A stretch of 64,000 nt of DNA from a virus: the IMG/VR virus record IMGVR_UViG_3300008120_000241, positions 12,843 through 76,842 of that record; one strand, written 5' to 3'. Position numbers and translations under genes: made by a program. Each line of letters starts with the position of its first letter. The first letter of the stretch is position 1. The notes under the pieces are model-generated. The model was not told the DNA's origin. It made no database searches and saw nothing but the letters and a program-made list of their open reading frames with translations. Shown here piece after piece: positions 9,534 through 19,052 of this stretch.

Positions 9534-10127
9534 ATCATTTTCTTTTAAATAATCAAACAAACTTTTTGCTAGTTTTTCACCGAATATAATATCTGACGGA
9601 TAATGTGCTTTTGCCATTTGTCTGGAATATACAATGTCATCCTTAATTTTTTTTAACTCCTTTTTGAATTGTGGATATTTTTCTGACAAAACAAGATAAA
9701 GTAGGTTAGATTGTGTTGAATGACCAGATGGGTAAGCAAAACCTTCCATTGATTCCAACATCGGGTCAGTTAATTTCGGATCCAATCTAAATGGTCGTGG
9801 TCTCTTATAAAAATTCTTCAAATCCAAAATGACGAAAACTGCGTTTTTTGTAAGTTTTGATATTAACTCCTTTTCATTGATGTTTTTTGATTTTAAAAAC
9901 TCAATGAAGTTCCCGTCAATGTCATCTTTTTGTTGAACAAACCTTTTTTTCAAATCTATTTTCTTTAGAAACTCAATTTCGTTTTTTGTTTCTTCACTAT
10001 TGTCTGAAGGTGGTGGTGTGTTTTTGAATTCTGAGATATTAAAGTTTTTGAATATATTATTCTTTGGAATTTGATTCTCATTTAGATTCATCAAACTTTT
10101 AATTCTAATAATTTCATTTAACAACAT
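9522..10127 (-). CDS. PAP2-superfamily acid phosphatase
   Basis: KNFYKRPRP, YPSGH, SRQMAKAHYPSD catalytic motifs; leader MLLNEIIRIKSLM; start at ATG 10127. Confidence 0.85.
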   Translation of the reverse strand: MLLNEIIRIKSLMNLNENQIPKNNIFKNFNISEFKNTPPPSDNSEETKNEIEFLKKIDLKKRFVQQKDDIDGNFIEFLKSKNINEKELISKLTKNAVFVILDLKNFYKRPRPFRLDPKLTDPMLESMEGFAYPSGHSTQSNLLYLVLSEKYPQFKKELKKIKDDIVYSRQMAKAHYPSDIIFGEKLAKSLFDYLKENDLIN

Positions 10128-10133
10128 ATTTAT

Positions 10134-10369
10134 ATAAATATACCGAAAACCCACAAATCTTTAGTTTGTGGAGTGTAAGGTGTAAAATAAATTAAATATT
10201 ATTTAAATACGAGATATTTATAAGTAATTAAAACCATTAAAAAAAAAATAAACCTATTGTCTGGTTCGGGAACCGAGTCGGACATTAAACAAAAACCTGT
10301 GGAGGCGTTGCGGTTACGCAAGTCAATGAAACGGGAAACTTACGAATCTTTAGTTCGTGAGTAGTTCAA
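10134..10369 (+). mobile_element. Non-autonomous IS200/IS605-family miniature element (tnpB deleted, omegaRNA-like right end)
   Basis: Matching subterminal hairpins CCACAAA-TCTTTAG-TTTGTGG (10151-10171) and ACTTACGAA-TCTTTAG-TTCGTGAGT (10338-10362), TAGTTCAA end, GC-rich tnpB-tail-like segment 10260-10337; exact ends approximate. Confidence 0.7.
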
Positions 10370-10389
10370 AAGTATCTAAACAAAACATT

Positions 10390-10815
10390 ATGATAACAAA
10401 AAAAGATTTTTTAAGTAAAGGTTCGTTGTTAAATGAACAAAAAGAAAGTAACAAAGATTATGTTGAAATGGTTTCATTGTTGTTACATTCAAGAACTCAG
10501 ATACATGTGTTACATTTACAAACCGGGTCATATCCGGAACATATGGCGTTAAATGACTATTACAATGGTATTGGTGATTTGGTTGACGGCTTAATTGAGT
10601 CTTATCAAGGTAAGTATGAATTATTAAAAGGATATAACTCTTATGATATTTCAGAATATAAATCCACCGAGTCAACTGTGAAATACTTAAAAGATTTATG
10701 TGGTAAAGTTGAAAAACTAAGAAGTTGTTGTAAAGATTCTTATATACAAAATCAAATTGATACGGTTTGTGAATTGATTAATTCAACACTATATAAGTTA
10801 AGATTTTTAAAATAA
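10390..10815 (+). CDS. Ferritin/Dps-like four-helix protein (DUF5856-like)
   Basis: HVLHLQT.SY.EHMAL..YY..IGDLVDGLIESYQG and IQNQID....LINSTLYKLRFL; start ATG 10390. Confidence 0.75.
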   Translation: MITKKDFLSKGSLLNEQKESNKDYVEMVSLLLHSRTQIHVLHLQTGSYPEHMALNDYYNGIGDLVDGLIESYQGKYELLKGYNSYDISEYKSTESTVKYLKDLCGKVEKLRSCCKDSYIQNQIDTVCELINSTLYKLRFLK

Positions 10816-10820
10816 GAAAT

Positions 10821-12137
10821 TTAAACCATTGCTACTTTTTTTCCGTACTTAAAGAACTTCTGTTGGATATTAATAGTGCCGGATTGTTTTGGTAAATTTT
10901 TACCCTTATTATTGAAATAAACTGGGATAGTCTCATTAAAATATTTTACTAATACCGGATTTAAACCTGGGTATAAATCATGCATTTTATCCAATTGTTT
11001 ATTTACTGTACTTTCACCGCCACCTGCTGAACCACGACTATCAATTTTTTCGTATGTATACCCATCAGTTGACGGTCCTATTTTTACTGACCAATTAACC
11101 GTTAATGTTTGTGGGTTTATTGTAATTTTAACATCAATAATATCAACTGCCTTCAAATTATTTTCCTTTTTATATTTTTGGATTCCATCATTAACTTTAG
11201 TATTTAATCCACCACCAAATCCGTCACTTTTTCTTCTTTGGAAAGAGTGTAACGCATCATATGGTCCGACTTTACCTTCTGCGGTATATGTGCCTTCAAT
11301 AATATCAACCGAAACACTTTCATTACTAGAATTGATGCTTGATGATGGGTCAATATAAGGGTCACCTAAATCCGGGTCATTAGCGATTGCGTCCGTTACT
11401 TTTTTATTAGCGTCCTTTAAATTCTCATTCATATCTGATGTCCAATTATTACGTTGATTTATTGCTAATTTTATTAATTCGTTTCCAGACTTCCCATTTT
11501 TTACAGCTTCGTTCATTTCTCTGGCCCAATCTTGAAAATGACCAGAACCATTCCAACAAGCGTACGCAAAATGAAATAAAAGTCTTAAATTTGATTCCAC
11601 ATCTTCTCTGGATTCTATTAATTCACCCATATTACGTTTCATTGATGTTAACATCATAGCACAGGCTTTACTTTTTAGTTCATTTTCTAAATCACCACCC
11701 CTATATAACCAACGCCATTTTTTACAAAACTTATCAATACTACCGGCCCTTGTTTTTTCCTTATCTATTATACCCCAAAAATCGCGACCTTCAGGTTTTG
11801 AATCCCAGTCACCCATCTTTCTATCAATTCCGAACATGGTTTCAGTTGAAACGCCAGTTGGTTCAGGATGGTTGGTACATTTTTTATCGTCTGGGTAAAC
11901 GGCCGGATTGAACCAATAACCACCTTCAAACTGATTAATTATTTTATTACAAAATAGAGACCAAACCGAATCTAAGTCTATCGGTTGTTTAGTACCGACT
12001 ACTTTTCCAGTCACCGTACTTACACCCGTAGATTTTTGTGGTGTAATTTCACCGGTTTCACTACGATTCCACAAACCTAGTGGTCCTTGTTCTACTATTG
12101 TGTTTTTTAATAAATCAATTAGTTTTAGTCGTGACAT
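10821..12137 (-). CDS. Putative virion-associated lysozyme-like protein (GH108-like domain)
   Basis: IINQFEGGY...ETMFGID motif pair; leader ..TIVEQ; TATTTAT 5 nt before ATG. Confidence 0.5.
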   Translation of the reverse strand: MSRLKLIDLLKNTIVEQGPLGLWNRSETGEITPQKSTGVSTVTGKVVGTKQPIDLDSVWSLFCNKIINQFEGGYWFNPAVYPDDKKCTNHPEPTGVSTETMFGIDRKMGDWDSKPEGRDFWGIIDKEKTRAGSIDKFCKKWRWLYRGGDLENELKSKACAMMLTSMKRNMGELIESREDVESNLRLLFHFAYACWNGSGHFQDWAREMNEAVKNGKSGNELIKLAINQRNNWTSDMNENLKDANKKVTDAIANDPDLGDPYIDPSSSINSSNESVSVDIIEGTYTAEGKVGPYDALHSFQRRKSDGFGGGLNTKVNDGIQKYKKENNLKAVDIIDVKITINPQTLTVNWSVKIGPSTDGYTYEKIDSRGSAGGGESTVNKQLDKMHDLYPGLNPVLVKYFNETIPVYFNNKGKNLPKQSGTINIQQKFFKYGKKVAMV

Positions 12138-12196
12138 ATTAAATAAATATAGTCAAATAACAAACAAAAGGATATTTATTAGTAAAACATAAATTT

Positions 12197-12664
12197 ATGA
12201 AAGGTTTTATCGGTTTAACGGCAAAAGAAAAAGAGGATATATTAAAACTTCACAGTAAACCATATGATGGTTATTCTGTTGGGAATGTTAATACTAACTT
12301 ATATCCGATTAGTGTATATGATGACGCAAGAGATAAGGGTGGTATTACACTTGATAATCAAAACAACCCATCGGTCTATAAAAATCATAAAATTAATGAA
12401 ATTGCAGCAAAACCATTAAACTATGATGAGATTGATACAGCATATGAATATGAATCAGACGGACCTCAACAATCAATGACACAAATGGGTATGGGAAAGA
12501 GACCATATGAATTTAAGTCAAAGGGTCCAGTGGATGTTTATGAAATGCCAGATTTTGATGAATTGGTTAGTGATGATGAAGAATTACAAGCCGATAGAGA
12601 TGAGATTGAGGAGAACGTATCAAAAACAATTGATATGTTTAAGAGGGTTAATAAAATAAAGTAA
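12197..12664 (+). CDS. Hypothetical late protein
   Basis: 155 aa; TATTTAT at 12173-12179; leader LTAKEKEDILKLH. Confidence 0.7.
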   Translation: MKGFIGLTAKEKEDILKLHSKPYDGYSVGNVNTNLYPISVYDDARDKGGITLDNQNNPSVYKNHKINEIAAKPLNYDEIDTAYEYESDGPQQSMTQMGMGKRPYEFKSKGPVDVYEMPDFDELVSDDEELQADRDEIEENVSKTIDMFKRVNKIK

Positions 12665-12966
12665 TGGAAGTTGTTGAAATAATATCACATCACGTTGATA
12701 AAACTCAAAACATTATTGTTGTTGAATTTAGAACGAGTGTGGATGATGAGGATGTGGTTAGGGAGGATTTTATTGAATATTCATATTTTGAAGAATTTGG
12801 ATTTGACACAAAAGACGTATTTGACATTTTTGAAGGAACAGATTTTGATGATGACGAATGGGAAGATGATGATTATGAATATGTAGATGAAGATAAATTA
12901 ATTTCTTTTTTGAATGAATATTATATTGTTTTTCCAAAAAAGATACCAAGAGGTGATTTTAGATGA
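12664..12966 (+). CDS. Acidic hypothetical protein
   Basis: 100 aa, TAATG-coupled. Confidence 0.7.
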   Translation: MEVVEIISHHVDKTQNIIVVEFRTSVDDEDVVREDFIEYSYFEEFGFDTKDVFDIFEGTDFDDDEWEDDDYEYVDEDKLISFLNEYYIVFPKKIPRGDFR

Positions 12967-13394
12967 AATTGAATAAGTTAACTGAAAATATAAATAGAAT
13001 AAAAAGTTTGATGTCACTTGTTGAAACGTCAGATGTTGATGTGGATGATGTTGATAAAGGTGAAATAACACAAAAACCCATTCAAGTCCAAGGACCAGAT
13101 GGGATGGGTGATGATTCAGACAATGAATTAAAACAAGAAGAAGTAACAGAACAAGAAGCGGGAAGTACAGAAACGACAACTCAAACCTCATCAACTGATA
13201 CTGAAACAGAGACCTCATCAACCGGTTACCCAACTGTTACAAAATGGGAAAGTAAAAGAACCTTTGGGAAAACGTATATGAATGACCCAAAGTATAAATG
13301 GGAAAGTGGTAGAGGTTTAGGACCAACATATAAAGGACCGAACGCCAAGTGGGAAAGTGGGACAACGGTCGGTAAAGGAAACCCAAGAAATTAA
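12963..13394 (+). CDS. Hypothetical protein with leader and three C-terminal KWES repeats
   Basis: LTENINRIKSLM leader; KWESKRTFG/KWESGRGLG/KWESGTTVG. Confidence 0.7.
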   Translation: MKLNKLTENINRIKSLMSLVETSDVDVDDVDKGEITQKPIQVQGPDGMGDDSDNELKQEEVTEQEAGSTETTTQTSSTDTETETSSTGYPTVTKWESKRTFGKTYMNDPKYKWESGRGLGPTYKGPNAKWESGTTVGKGNPRN

Positions 13395-13396
13395 TT

Positions 13397-15025
13397 ATGA
13401 ATAAAATAATAACAGAGGAATTAATAAATCAGATTAGACTTATGAATTATGATAGGTCTAAAACTCTGTTGGAACAAAAAGGAACCATTGAAAAAGTGGT
13501 TCAAAAAACCGATCGTTTAGGTTCCGAATTTAGAGCAACACCCAAAATATTTTCAGATCCAGTTTATAAGGAATATGAAAAATTAAGTCCAGAAGAAAAA
13601 CAAAAAAGAGAAAACGAATTTTTGAATAAAAAATGGAAATCAAGATTATGTACAACTAACGCTCAACAAAAAGGTAGTGTTTATAATGGTGAGTATTATG
13701 TGAGTCACGAAGATTTTTGTAAACCATTCGGAGGGCCACAAGTATATCGTACAAAATCAGAAGGAAAAAGTTTTTTAGGTATTAGTGAAAAAGATGTCTT
13801 AGGTGAAGGGTTTTTTTGTGGTTGTAAAGTAAATGGTCAGACATTTATTGGTGATAAAACAGTTAAGGTAAATGAATACCTAAATAGGCCAATGACTGAA
13901 ATCACATACCCTATTGCTGATTTTTTAAGTGAACCACATAATATTGCAATGATAGCATCAATCGCCTTCTCAATGTTTGGTGGGGGTATTGGTCAAGTTT
14001 TTTCACTTGTTTTTGACGCAATTGATGTTGGTCTTTTTATTGAAGAAGGTGATTATTTTATGGCCGGTTTGGCGATTATATTTGCTGTTATTCCTATTGG
14101 TGATTTAGTAAAGGCTTATTTAAGGAAATATCCAGGTGCTAAAACTTTTACAAAAAAAACATTAACAAAAATATTGGAAAAATTAAAAATTAAAAAACCT
14201 TTAACTCCAGATGAGAAAAAAATATTAGATGCAATAACAAGTGCAAAAATGCAAAATAAAGTATTTTGGAAAATGGTTAGAGAAAAAATACGAATGACAA
14301 TAATGGGTAAAAAACCAAATTATGTGGTTGCATTTATAGTATGGTTGGTTAAAAAAGGTATTTTGACAAGTCAATTTTTATTGAAGTGGGGTTTAATAAT
14401 CGGAGGTGTTTTTTATAGTTGGTATAAAATAGCACAATGGTTGGGTGTAAAACCAAAAGATGAAACAAAGAGTAAAAAACAACCATCTAAAACTGATTTT
14501 GTTGAAATGAATGTTTTAGAGTATCTTAAAAATATGTCATCAAAAGGTTACACGTATAGTACAAAATTAAGTGGTACCGAATTACCGGAAGTTGCTGCTT
14601 TACAATATACACTTTATGCTGGAGGATATTTTACCGCACCTAAAGTTAAATGGGGATTTTATGATGAATCAACCAAAAAAGCGGTAGAAAGCTATCAACA
14701 AAAAAATTCATTAACCAAAGACGGTATTGCTGGCCCAAATACAATTAAAAATTTAATTGATAAAATAAAAAGTAATAAAATTACAGACTTCTCAAAACCA
14801 GAAAGTATCGCTAGATATAATTTTGGGAAAGTAACAACAAAAAAAGAGGTTGATTTTACTGGTGAAGAATTTATAAAAAGTTATGAGGAACAAAAAACAC
14901 AAGTTTTGGATTCTATTTATAATGAATTAGATAAGATTAAAGAAAGTATTAATATAGATTCATTAAAAAATGTGTGGGGAAAAGGTGAAGTAAAATTTAA
15001 AATCCCAGAAATACCTAAAGAATAA
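13397..15025 (+). CDS. Membrane protein with PT-TG-like helical hairpin and peptidoglycan-binding domain
   Basis: DAIDVGLFIEEGDYFMAGLAIIFAVIPIGD; further TM segments; VAALQYTL..GFYDESTKKAVESYQQKNSLTKDGIAGPNT (PG_binding_1 pattern). Confidence 0.7.
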   Translation: MNKIITEELINQIRLMNYDRSKTLLEQKGTIEKVVQKTDRLGSEFRATPKIFSDPVYKEYEKLSPEEKQKRENEFLNKKWKSRLCTTNAQQKGSVYNGEYYVSHEDFCKPFGGPQVYRTKSEGKSFLGISEKDVLGEGFFCGCKVNGQTFIGDKTVKVNEYLNRPMTEITYPIADFLSEPHNIAMIASIAFSMFGGGIGQVFSLVFDAIDVGLFIEEGDYFMAGLAIIFAVIPIGDLVKAYLRKYPGAKTFTKKTLTKILEKLKIKKPLTPDEKKILDAITSAKMQNKVFWKMVREKIRMTIMGKKPNYVVAFIVWLVKKGILTSQFLLKWGLIIGGVFYSWYKIAQWLGVKPKDETKSKKQPSKTDFVEMNVLEYLKNMSSKGYTYSTKLSGTELPEVAALQYTLYAGGYFTAPKVKWGFYDESTKKAVESYQQKNSLTKDGIAGPNTIKNLIDKIKSNKITDFSKPESIARYNFGKVTTKKEVDFTGEEFIKSYEEQKTQVLDSIYNELDKIKESINIDSLKNVWGKGEVKFKIPEIPKE

Positions 15026-15047
15026 TTAAAAGTTATATTTATCATAT

Positions 15048-18000
15048 ATGAAAGATTTGATTTCAGAAATACAGACAATGAGAAATAGGATGGGTTTAAA
15101 AAACGTATCTACACCAAAAATATTGAGTGAAGCATCAATACCTACCCCATTATGGAATAAACTGGCTAAGTATTTTGATGAACTAATACTCGGCAGTGAA
15201 AAATCATTAGATGATTTGGCAAAAAAAGGAGTAATCACAAATGAAGAATTACTTTGGTTAAAGAAGAACGCTTCAGAAATTTCTAGAAAGGCAAAAAATA
15301 TTGTAGACCCAAATACAAACGAGTATATATTAAAAAAGTTTAAAACCATCACACAAAATGTCACAGAAGATGAACTTGAAAAATTATCAAAAATAGGTTT
15401 TGAAACTTGGTTAGAAAAAAATCCAAAGACACTAGAACCCATTGACGCTTTAACTGATAAAATTTCTAAATTAATAGAAGAATTTTCAAGTACTGGTAAA
15501 ATACAAAATGATCCGGAATTAACTAAATACTTAAATAATGGTGGTACCTGGGAGGATTTGTTCAAAAGTACTTTAGAAAGTGAAGGCTATAAAGATGAGT
15601 TATTGGATTTTGCCCTGGAAAGATTTAAAAAAAATATTCAAACAAAAATAGTTAAAACCGAACCTTTAAATGTGGAAAATATCATAGAAGATAAAATTAA
15701 TAAACTTTTAAATGACCCAACGTATAAAGATTTAAATAGTTTAGAGAAGTTAAAAAAAATTAATACATTAAAAAAAGAATTAATAGACGAGTTAAAACTC
15801 AAACAACAAGATAAAACACTTTCTGCTAAAATTTCAGAAAAGGAAATTGAAAAATTAGTAGATGATAAGTTGGAATCCCTTTCTGGTACTATTGAGACAT
15901 TTTACACAAAAAAGGGTGTAACTGATTTTTTATTATCGGTTAAGGGTGTCGGTAACTTACTTGATGAATTTATATCTCTTGGTCAATTATTTAATTCTAC
16001 CGCCGAAAAAAACATAACAACATTAAAAAATGATATTTCAGATATCATTGTGTTAATTGATAGGTCTGATTTAACTGAAAATTACTATAGAGAGGTTGCA
16101 AATAAAATAAAAGCACTTTCAAGTAATGCTAGAAAAACAAAAGAATCTGTTACTAAATTTTGGGATGATTTAAAGAAATTAATTACTGAAGCATTTCCGA
16201 ATGACCCTAAAAAAGCTCAAGACATAATAAATAAAATAGGGGGGCCAAACAAACTAGATGAGTTTTTCACTAAAACTAACCAATACGTTGAGGTTGGTGA
16301 TAGAATTAAGGAGACGTGGCAAAAAATTTTAGACGCTTTTGGTAAATTTAAAAGTCTAAATAAAGAAGTTGGAGATATGAGTAGTAATGTCTTAAAATTT
16401 GGTGAAGGTCCGGCAAAAAGATGGGTTAATTTTATTGCCAGTGGGAGTTTTACATCATTTAAAGAATGGACACAAAGATTAGCACAGAGAAGAAAATTTT
16501 TGTTTGTAGGGAAAGAGGTACAAGGATTTAGTTGGAAGTCTTATTTTGATATGTATTGTAGGATATGGTTTGTTACTAATCTTGCGGTACCTATGGTTAC
16601 TTCTTTCTTGTCCGCAGTAGGGTTGTGGTTTTTAACGGCTGTTGGTAAATTAACCGGTATTGGTGATGAGACAAAATATTTTACTGAAAATAAAAACAAA
16701 TCTATAGGTGAACTTTGGGGTGAGTTTTATAGTGATTCAATAAAATCTAGTTTAATACCTTTTATTGATGATTATAATGGAAAAATGGAAGGTAGTTTCC
16801 CACAAAATATTGAACAATGGGGTAAATGGGCTACTGATTTTGTAGGTGCAATAATCCCTTTCAATACAAAAATTGATGATATTGCTGATTTTATATTTAA
16901 CACACCTGAATACCTATCAAAAGCGGAACAAATTAAAAACGAACAAGTTAAAAAAGGTGAGGATACACTTGAAAAGGTTTCAGACAAATTAAAAGGAAAG
17001 GATAAAGTGTTTGCGGATAAAAACAACGAAGAGTTAACCAAAACAAACAATAATATTAAAGTAAAAGAATATAAAAATACAATAGTAGATGGATTAAACA
17101 ATAGGTATTATATTTTCACAAATAAAGAAATAGGTACCATGCCATCAACAGAAGAAAGGGTAAAATTATTTAATAAAATAAAATATGAGGGTAAACCTGG
17201 AACATTTGAACAAGATAAATTTTTTATTACAATAAATGGTAAAAAATATAAATTTGTTGATAACACATTCTATGAAGACCCAACCACAGGAAAACAAGGA
17301 AACTGGAAAGACCTAGGTGGAAGACTTTACGAAAACAAAAATAACATTATGAAAGATTTACTTAAAAAAATCATTTTGGAAGAGGAAGAAGAAAGAACTC
17401 TTAAAATGAAAGATTGGGATGAAATATTCACATTCCAAAAGATGGATGAAAAAAATCCAGGAAAATACACTGAGGTAAAACTTAAAATGGATTCTGTTAT
17501 GGATAGAATGCCTCATTGGAGAAAGAAATATAAAAAGGAATGTGAAGATATGGATAATTGTGATGATGATGGTGAAGATGATTCATTTGTTAGAGCAGTT
17601 ATTGATACACACCCAGAAGTCGTTAGAATCCTATTTACAAAAGGTTTAGCTCATTTAACTTCCAGTGAAGAACAAGAAGATCTAAATGAAGGTTTACACA
17701 AATTATTGGCCGTTATTAGAGAAGCTAAAAGTGTTGAGGTTGAGGTTTGGTCTGTTTACAGACACCCATCAAGTCCGGATAAAATCTGGTCATTGGTTAA
17801 AGGTGATTACAAACCAAAGGAACTAGCTTCAATGGATGTTAAAATGCAACAATCACCACAAAATTCAGTAGAACCAAAAAAAAACTCACTTGATGAGTTA
17901 AAAAAAAAAGAATCTGAAGCAATAAAAATATTGTCAACAGATGAAAAAAAAGGTTTAAATGAACTTCCAATAAAAGTAAGGAATGTTGTTAAAGAAAAAA

Positions 18001-18302
18001 TAAAAAGAGGTTGGACAACGGAAAAACCATCCGATAAGTTAATTAATTTTTTTAAGAAATCCGAAGTTGAATCCGCTTTGATTGACTCAATTGATATTTA
18101 TAAATTAAAACCAACCAAAGAATTCTTTAATTTCATTACCGATAACAAAACGGAAGATTCAATTAAAAGAGGTTTTTGTAGATCAATTTATTACGTTAAA
18201 AAAGAAATTGATTTGGAAGGAAAAGTGATGGAGAGAGTAGATGATATTTTAGATAAATGTCAAAATAAATTTGACGGAAAATACGGACAAAATTATATCT
18301 AA
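15048..18302 (+). CDS. Large helical protein with central hydrophobic segment (putative ejected/internal virion protein)
   Basis: 1084 aa; TATTTAT 5 nt before ATG; leader ISEIQTMRNRM; TM-like IWFVTNLAVPMVTSFLSAVGLWFLTAVG. Confidence 0.7.
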   Translation: MKDLISEIQTMRNRMGLKNVSTPKILSEASIPTPLWNKLAKYFDELILGSEKSLDDLAKKGVITNEELLWLKKNASEISRKAKNIVDPNTNEYILKKFKTITQNVTEDELEKLSKIGFETWLEKNPKTLEPIDALTDKISKLIEEFSSTGKIQNDPELTKYLNNGGTWEDLFKSTLESEGYKDELLDFALERFKKNIQTKIVKTEPLNVENIIEDKINKLLNDPTYKDLNSLEKLKKINTLKKELIDELKLKQQDKTLSAKISEKEIEKLVDDKLESLSGTIETFYTKKGVTDFLLSVKGVGNLLDEFISLGQLFNSTAEKNITTLKNDISDIIVLIDRSDLTENYYREVANKIKALSSNARKTKESVTKFWDDLKKLITEAFPNDPKKAQDIINKIGGPNKLDEFFTKTNQYVEVGDRIKETWQKILDAFGKFKSLNKEVGDMSSNVLKFGEGPAKRWVNFIASGSFTSFKEWTQRLAQRRKFLFVGKEVQGFSWKSYFDMYCRIWFVTNLAVPMVTSFLSAVGLWFLTAVGKLTGIGDETKYFTENKNKSIGELWGEFYSDSIKSSLIPFIDDYNGKMEGSFPQNIEQWGKWATDFVGAIIPFNTKIDDIADFIFNTPEYLSKAEQIKNEQVKKGEDTLEKVSDKLKGKDKVFADKNNEELTKTNNNIKVKEYKNTIVDGLNNRYYIFTNKEIGTMPSTEERVKLFNKIKYEGKPGTFEQDKFFITINGKKYKFVDNTFYEDPTTGKQGNWKDLGGRLYENKNNIMKDLLKKIILEEEEERTLKMKDWDEIFTFQKMDEKNPGKYTEVKLKMDSVMDRMPHWRKKYKKECEDMDNCDDDGEDDSFVRAVIDTHPEVVRILFTKGLAHLTSSEEQEDLNEGLHKLLAVIREAKSVEVEVWSVYRHPSSPDKIWSLVKGDYKPKELASMDVKMQQSPQNSVEPKKNSLDELKKKESEAIKILSTDEKKGLNELPIKVRNVVKEKIKRGWTTEKPSDKLINFFKKSEVESALIDSIDIYKLKPTKEFFNFITDNKTEDSIKRGFCRSIYYVKKEIDLEGKVMERVDDILDKCQNKFDGKYGQNYI

Positions 18303-18307
18303 AAGTT

Positions 18308-18904
18308 ATGGAAACAAATTTATTTAAAAAAGATAAGGATTTACAATATTGTGAAACATCAATAAAGGATTTTTATGACAGATATCAAACCTTCTATAAC
18401 AAATATGAAAAAAATATCCAACCACAACCAACTTCAGTTGATAGTGATTTACCGGATAATATAAATGATTTATCTGAAGAAAAAAAAGTTGATCTTGAAA
18501 AACAAAAAAAGATTGTAAATGATTGTATTGAAACTTACACTAGAAAGTTTAAACGAAATATATTCAAAAAAAATCTTAATAAAGAAATCATACAATTAAC
18601 AAATCCAGGAGGAAAAGTTAGACCTTTTTTTAGAATTGATGCTCAACTTGCTGAATCAACAGATATTTATAATAAAACAAATGATATGAGTATTTCTAAT
18701 TCTATCAAAAAAGTTCTTACAGAACAAGTTGAAATCAAAAAACAAAATTTAACGGAAAGAAATATAATTAATGATAGAATCAATTTTATTTTGGAAGACA
18801 CCAATAACCAAAGACTTAATTTAATTAACGAAGCAAAAAAATTAATTAACAACGGATATAACAAAACTATTGTTAAAGAAATAGTGAATCAATACTTAAA
18901 ATGA
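18308..18904 (+). CDS. Hypothetical protein
   Basis: 198 aa; internal TATTTAT (18664-18670) and in-frame ATG 18686. Confidence 0.7.
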   Translation: METNLFKKDKDLQYCETSIKDFYDRYQTFYNKYEKNIQPQPTSVDSDLPDNINDLSEEKKVDLEKQKKIVNDCIETYTRKFKRNIFKKNLNKEIIQLTNPGGKVRPFFRIDAQLAESTDIYNKTNDMSISNSIKKVLTEQVEIKKQNLTERNIINDRINFILEDTNNQRLNLINEAKKLINNGYNKTIVKEIVNQYLK

Positions 18905-19036
18905 TATCGCATTACCATCTGCGATTAACAAGGACGATGGTAGGATTTTTAGGTAGAACTATTAGTCCATAAACCTTAAAGAAAGGGAGGTGTTCAAAAT
19001 CTAAGAAAGGTGACTCTAGAGTCGCCTTTTCTTTTT
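18905..19036 (+). ncRNA. Candidate structured small RNA with an extended Shine-Dalgarno-like tract and terminator
   Basis: ATCGCA/TGCGAT stem; GGACGATGGT/ACTATTAGTCC stem; AGAAAGGGAGGTGTTC at 18980-18995; terminator GAAAGGTGAC-TCTAGA-GTCGCCTTTTC plus T-tract. Confidence 0.5.
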
Positions 19037-19052
19037 GGGAGTATTTATGGTT

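Noticed and set aside
15026-15565. Antisense and alternate-frame ORFs in the track (e.g. 15026-15565, 20793-21152, 22608-23009, 35403-35810, 45427-45804)
   Set aside because: Shadows of longer, motif-supported genes or of repetitive coding sequence; no promoter or start context
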